Assembly: GCA_963796285.1 (NCBI GenBank)
Contig: CAWCKW010000010.1
Location: forward strand, 1 to 64,000
Reading direction: 5' to 3'
DNA from: Nitrospirota bacterium
GTDB taxonomy: Bacteria; Nitrospirota; UBA9217
Length of the DNA stretch: 64,000 nucleotides
A program made the position numbers and the translations under genes. The notes beneath the pieces are model-generated. The model saw only the letters and a list, made by a program, of their open reading frames with translations, was not told the origin of the DNA and made no database searches. Positions 63,239-64,000 of the stretch are shown piece by piece (positions within the stretch are counted from its first letter, which is position 1; each line of letters starts with the position of its first letter).

Positions 63239-64000
63239 GTGACATTGAACACCGGTGGGGCTGTCGTGGAACCGGCGCAGTCATGCAAGGCGTCATGGAT
63301 TGATCCGCTCTTCAGAAAATCGTTCTTTCTTATACCGCTTGGGGTCATTGGAAATGTGGTCTTTGTCCTGATCGCGAATGACGGGTCCCTGTTCCGCTCT
63401 GAGGTCCATTTCGCGCCGGGATATATCATCATTGCCATGCTCCTGAGCATTACGCCCTGGTTCACCGGTTCGCTTCGTCTGCTGCTCTGGAGCAGGTTCC
63501 TTGGAAACAGACTTCGCTATGGTGAGGTGTTCAGGATCGCGCTCGGCGCGGAGCTCGGTGCGGCGATAAGCCCGCCCCTGATCGGAGGAACCGCGGTCAA
63601 GACCGCCATGCTCATGCGGAAGGGCTTCGCCGGAGGCACAGCGCTGTCCCTTACTGCGCTCGAAAGCATGGAGGACGGACTGTTCTTCCTCATCATGGTG
63701 CCGCTGGCCCTCACGCTTTCCTCTTCCTGGGACCTTCCTGTGATACAGGGTCTGCTATCCGGCATCCGTCATGCCTCGTTCCGGCTGTTTCTGGCAGGGA
63801 GCGGGCTTGCCTGCAGTGCTGTCCTGGTGCTGACGCAAACGCGCTGTAGAACTATAGTAATGCGGTTCCGGCCAGCTTCCCGCCTCTCATCCATACTGGG
63901 GGCGGCATATCATAATTTTATAGGGACGTGGAGCACCATCATTTCCGATGGAAAATCGGTCTTCGCTCTGACCTTCGCGTTGACCGCTGTGCAGTGGATC
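63239..64000 (+). CDS. Lysylphosphatidylglycerol synthase TM / flippase-like (UPF0104) protein, 3'-partial
   Basis: Frame open from GTG 63239 toward the window end; multiple TMs; AAISPPLIGG.AVK..ML, LESMEDG. Confidence 0.7.
   Translation, partial: MTLNTGGAVVEPAQSCKASWIDPLFRKSFFLIPLGVIGNVVFVLIANDGSLFRSEVHFAPGYIIIAMLLSITPWFTGSLRLLLWSRFLGNRLRYGEVFRIALGAELGAAISPPLIGGTAVKTAMLMRKGFAGGTALSLTALESMEDGLFFLIMVPLALTLSSSWDLPVIQGLLSGIRHASFRLFLAGSGLACSAVLVLTQTRCRTIVMRFRPASRLSSILGAAYHNFIGTWSTIISDGKSVFALTFALTAVQWI

Overview
A bacterial chromosomal segment; gene content suggests an anaerobic Nitrospirota or Desulfobacterota-like organism (inference). Many unrelated genes carry single-base frameshifts, most simply explained by long-read indel errors. 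The left part (1-23.3 kb) is mostly housekeeping: AsmA, a DsbA-like selenoprotein (UxxC with a SECIS-like hairpin) followed by a di-heme peroxidase, FdhE, a DnaJ/TPR protein, a CoA-activase fusion, cspA, two DEAD-box helicases, tsaD, DAHP synthase, nitroreductase, a C-N hydrolase and a B12 radical SAM enzyme. The right part (23.5-64 kb) is a roughly 40 kb phosphorus-starvation region. It holds phoBR, a porin, psiE, ptxABCD (phosphite oxidation), arsC, a pstSCAB-like transporter followed by two phnA-like hydrolases, and P-free lipid genes. Ten four-unit Pho-box-like arrays, each with a -10 at fixed spacing, precede these units, and a triplicated [Pho array - 91 aa ORF - Pho array] cassette heads three of them. 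The best candidate for an undescribed system is the minus-strand operon at 42.0-49.4 kb. It encodes ferrosome-like accessory proteins (DUF5132-like, HMA2), an 11/22-mer amphipathic repeat protein, a P2A-type ATPase fused to HMA2, a MetK homolog that appears to have lost its methionine-binding residues but kept its triphosphate/Mg ligands, and a CDF transporter lacking the canonical His ligands.
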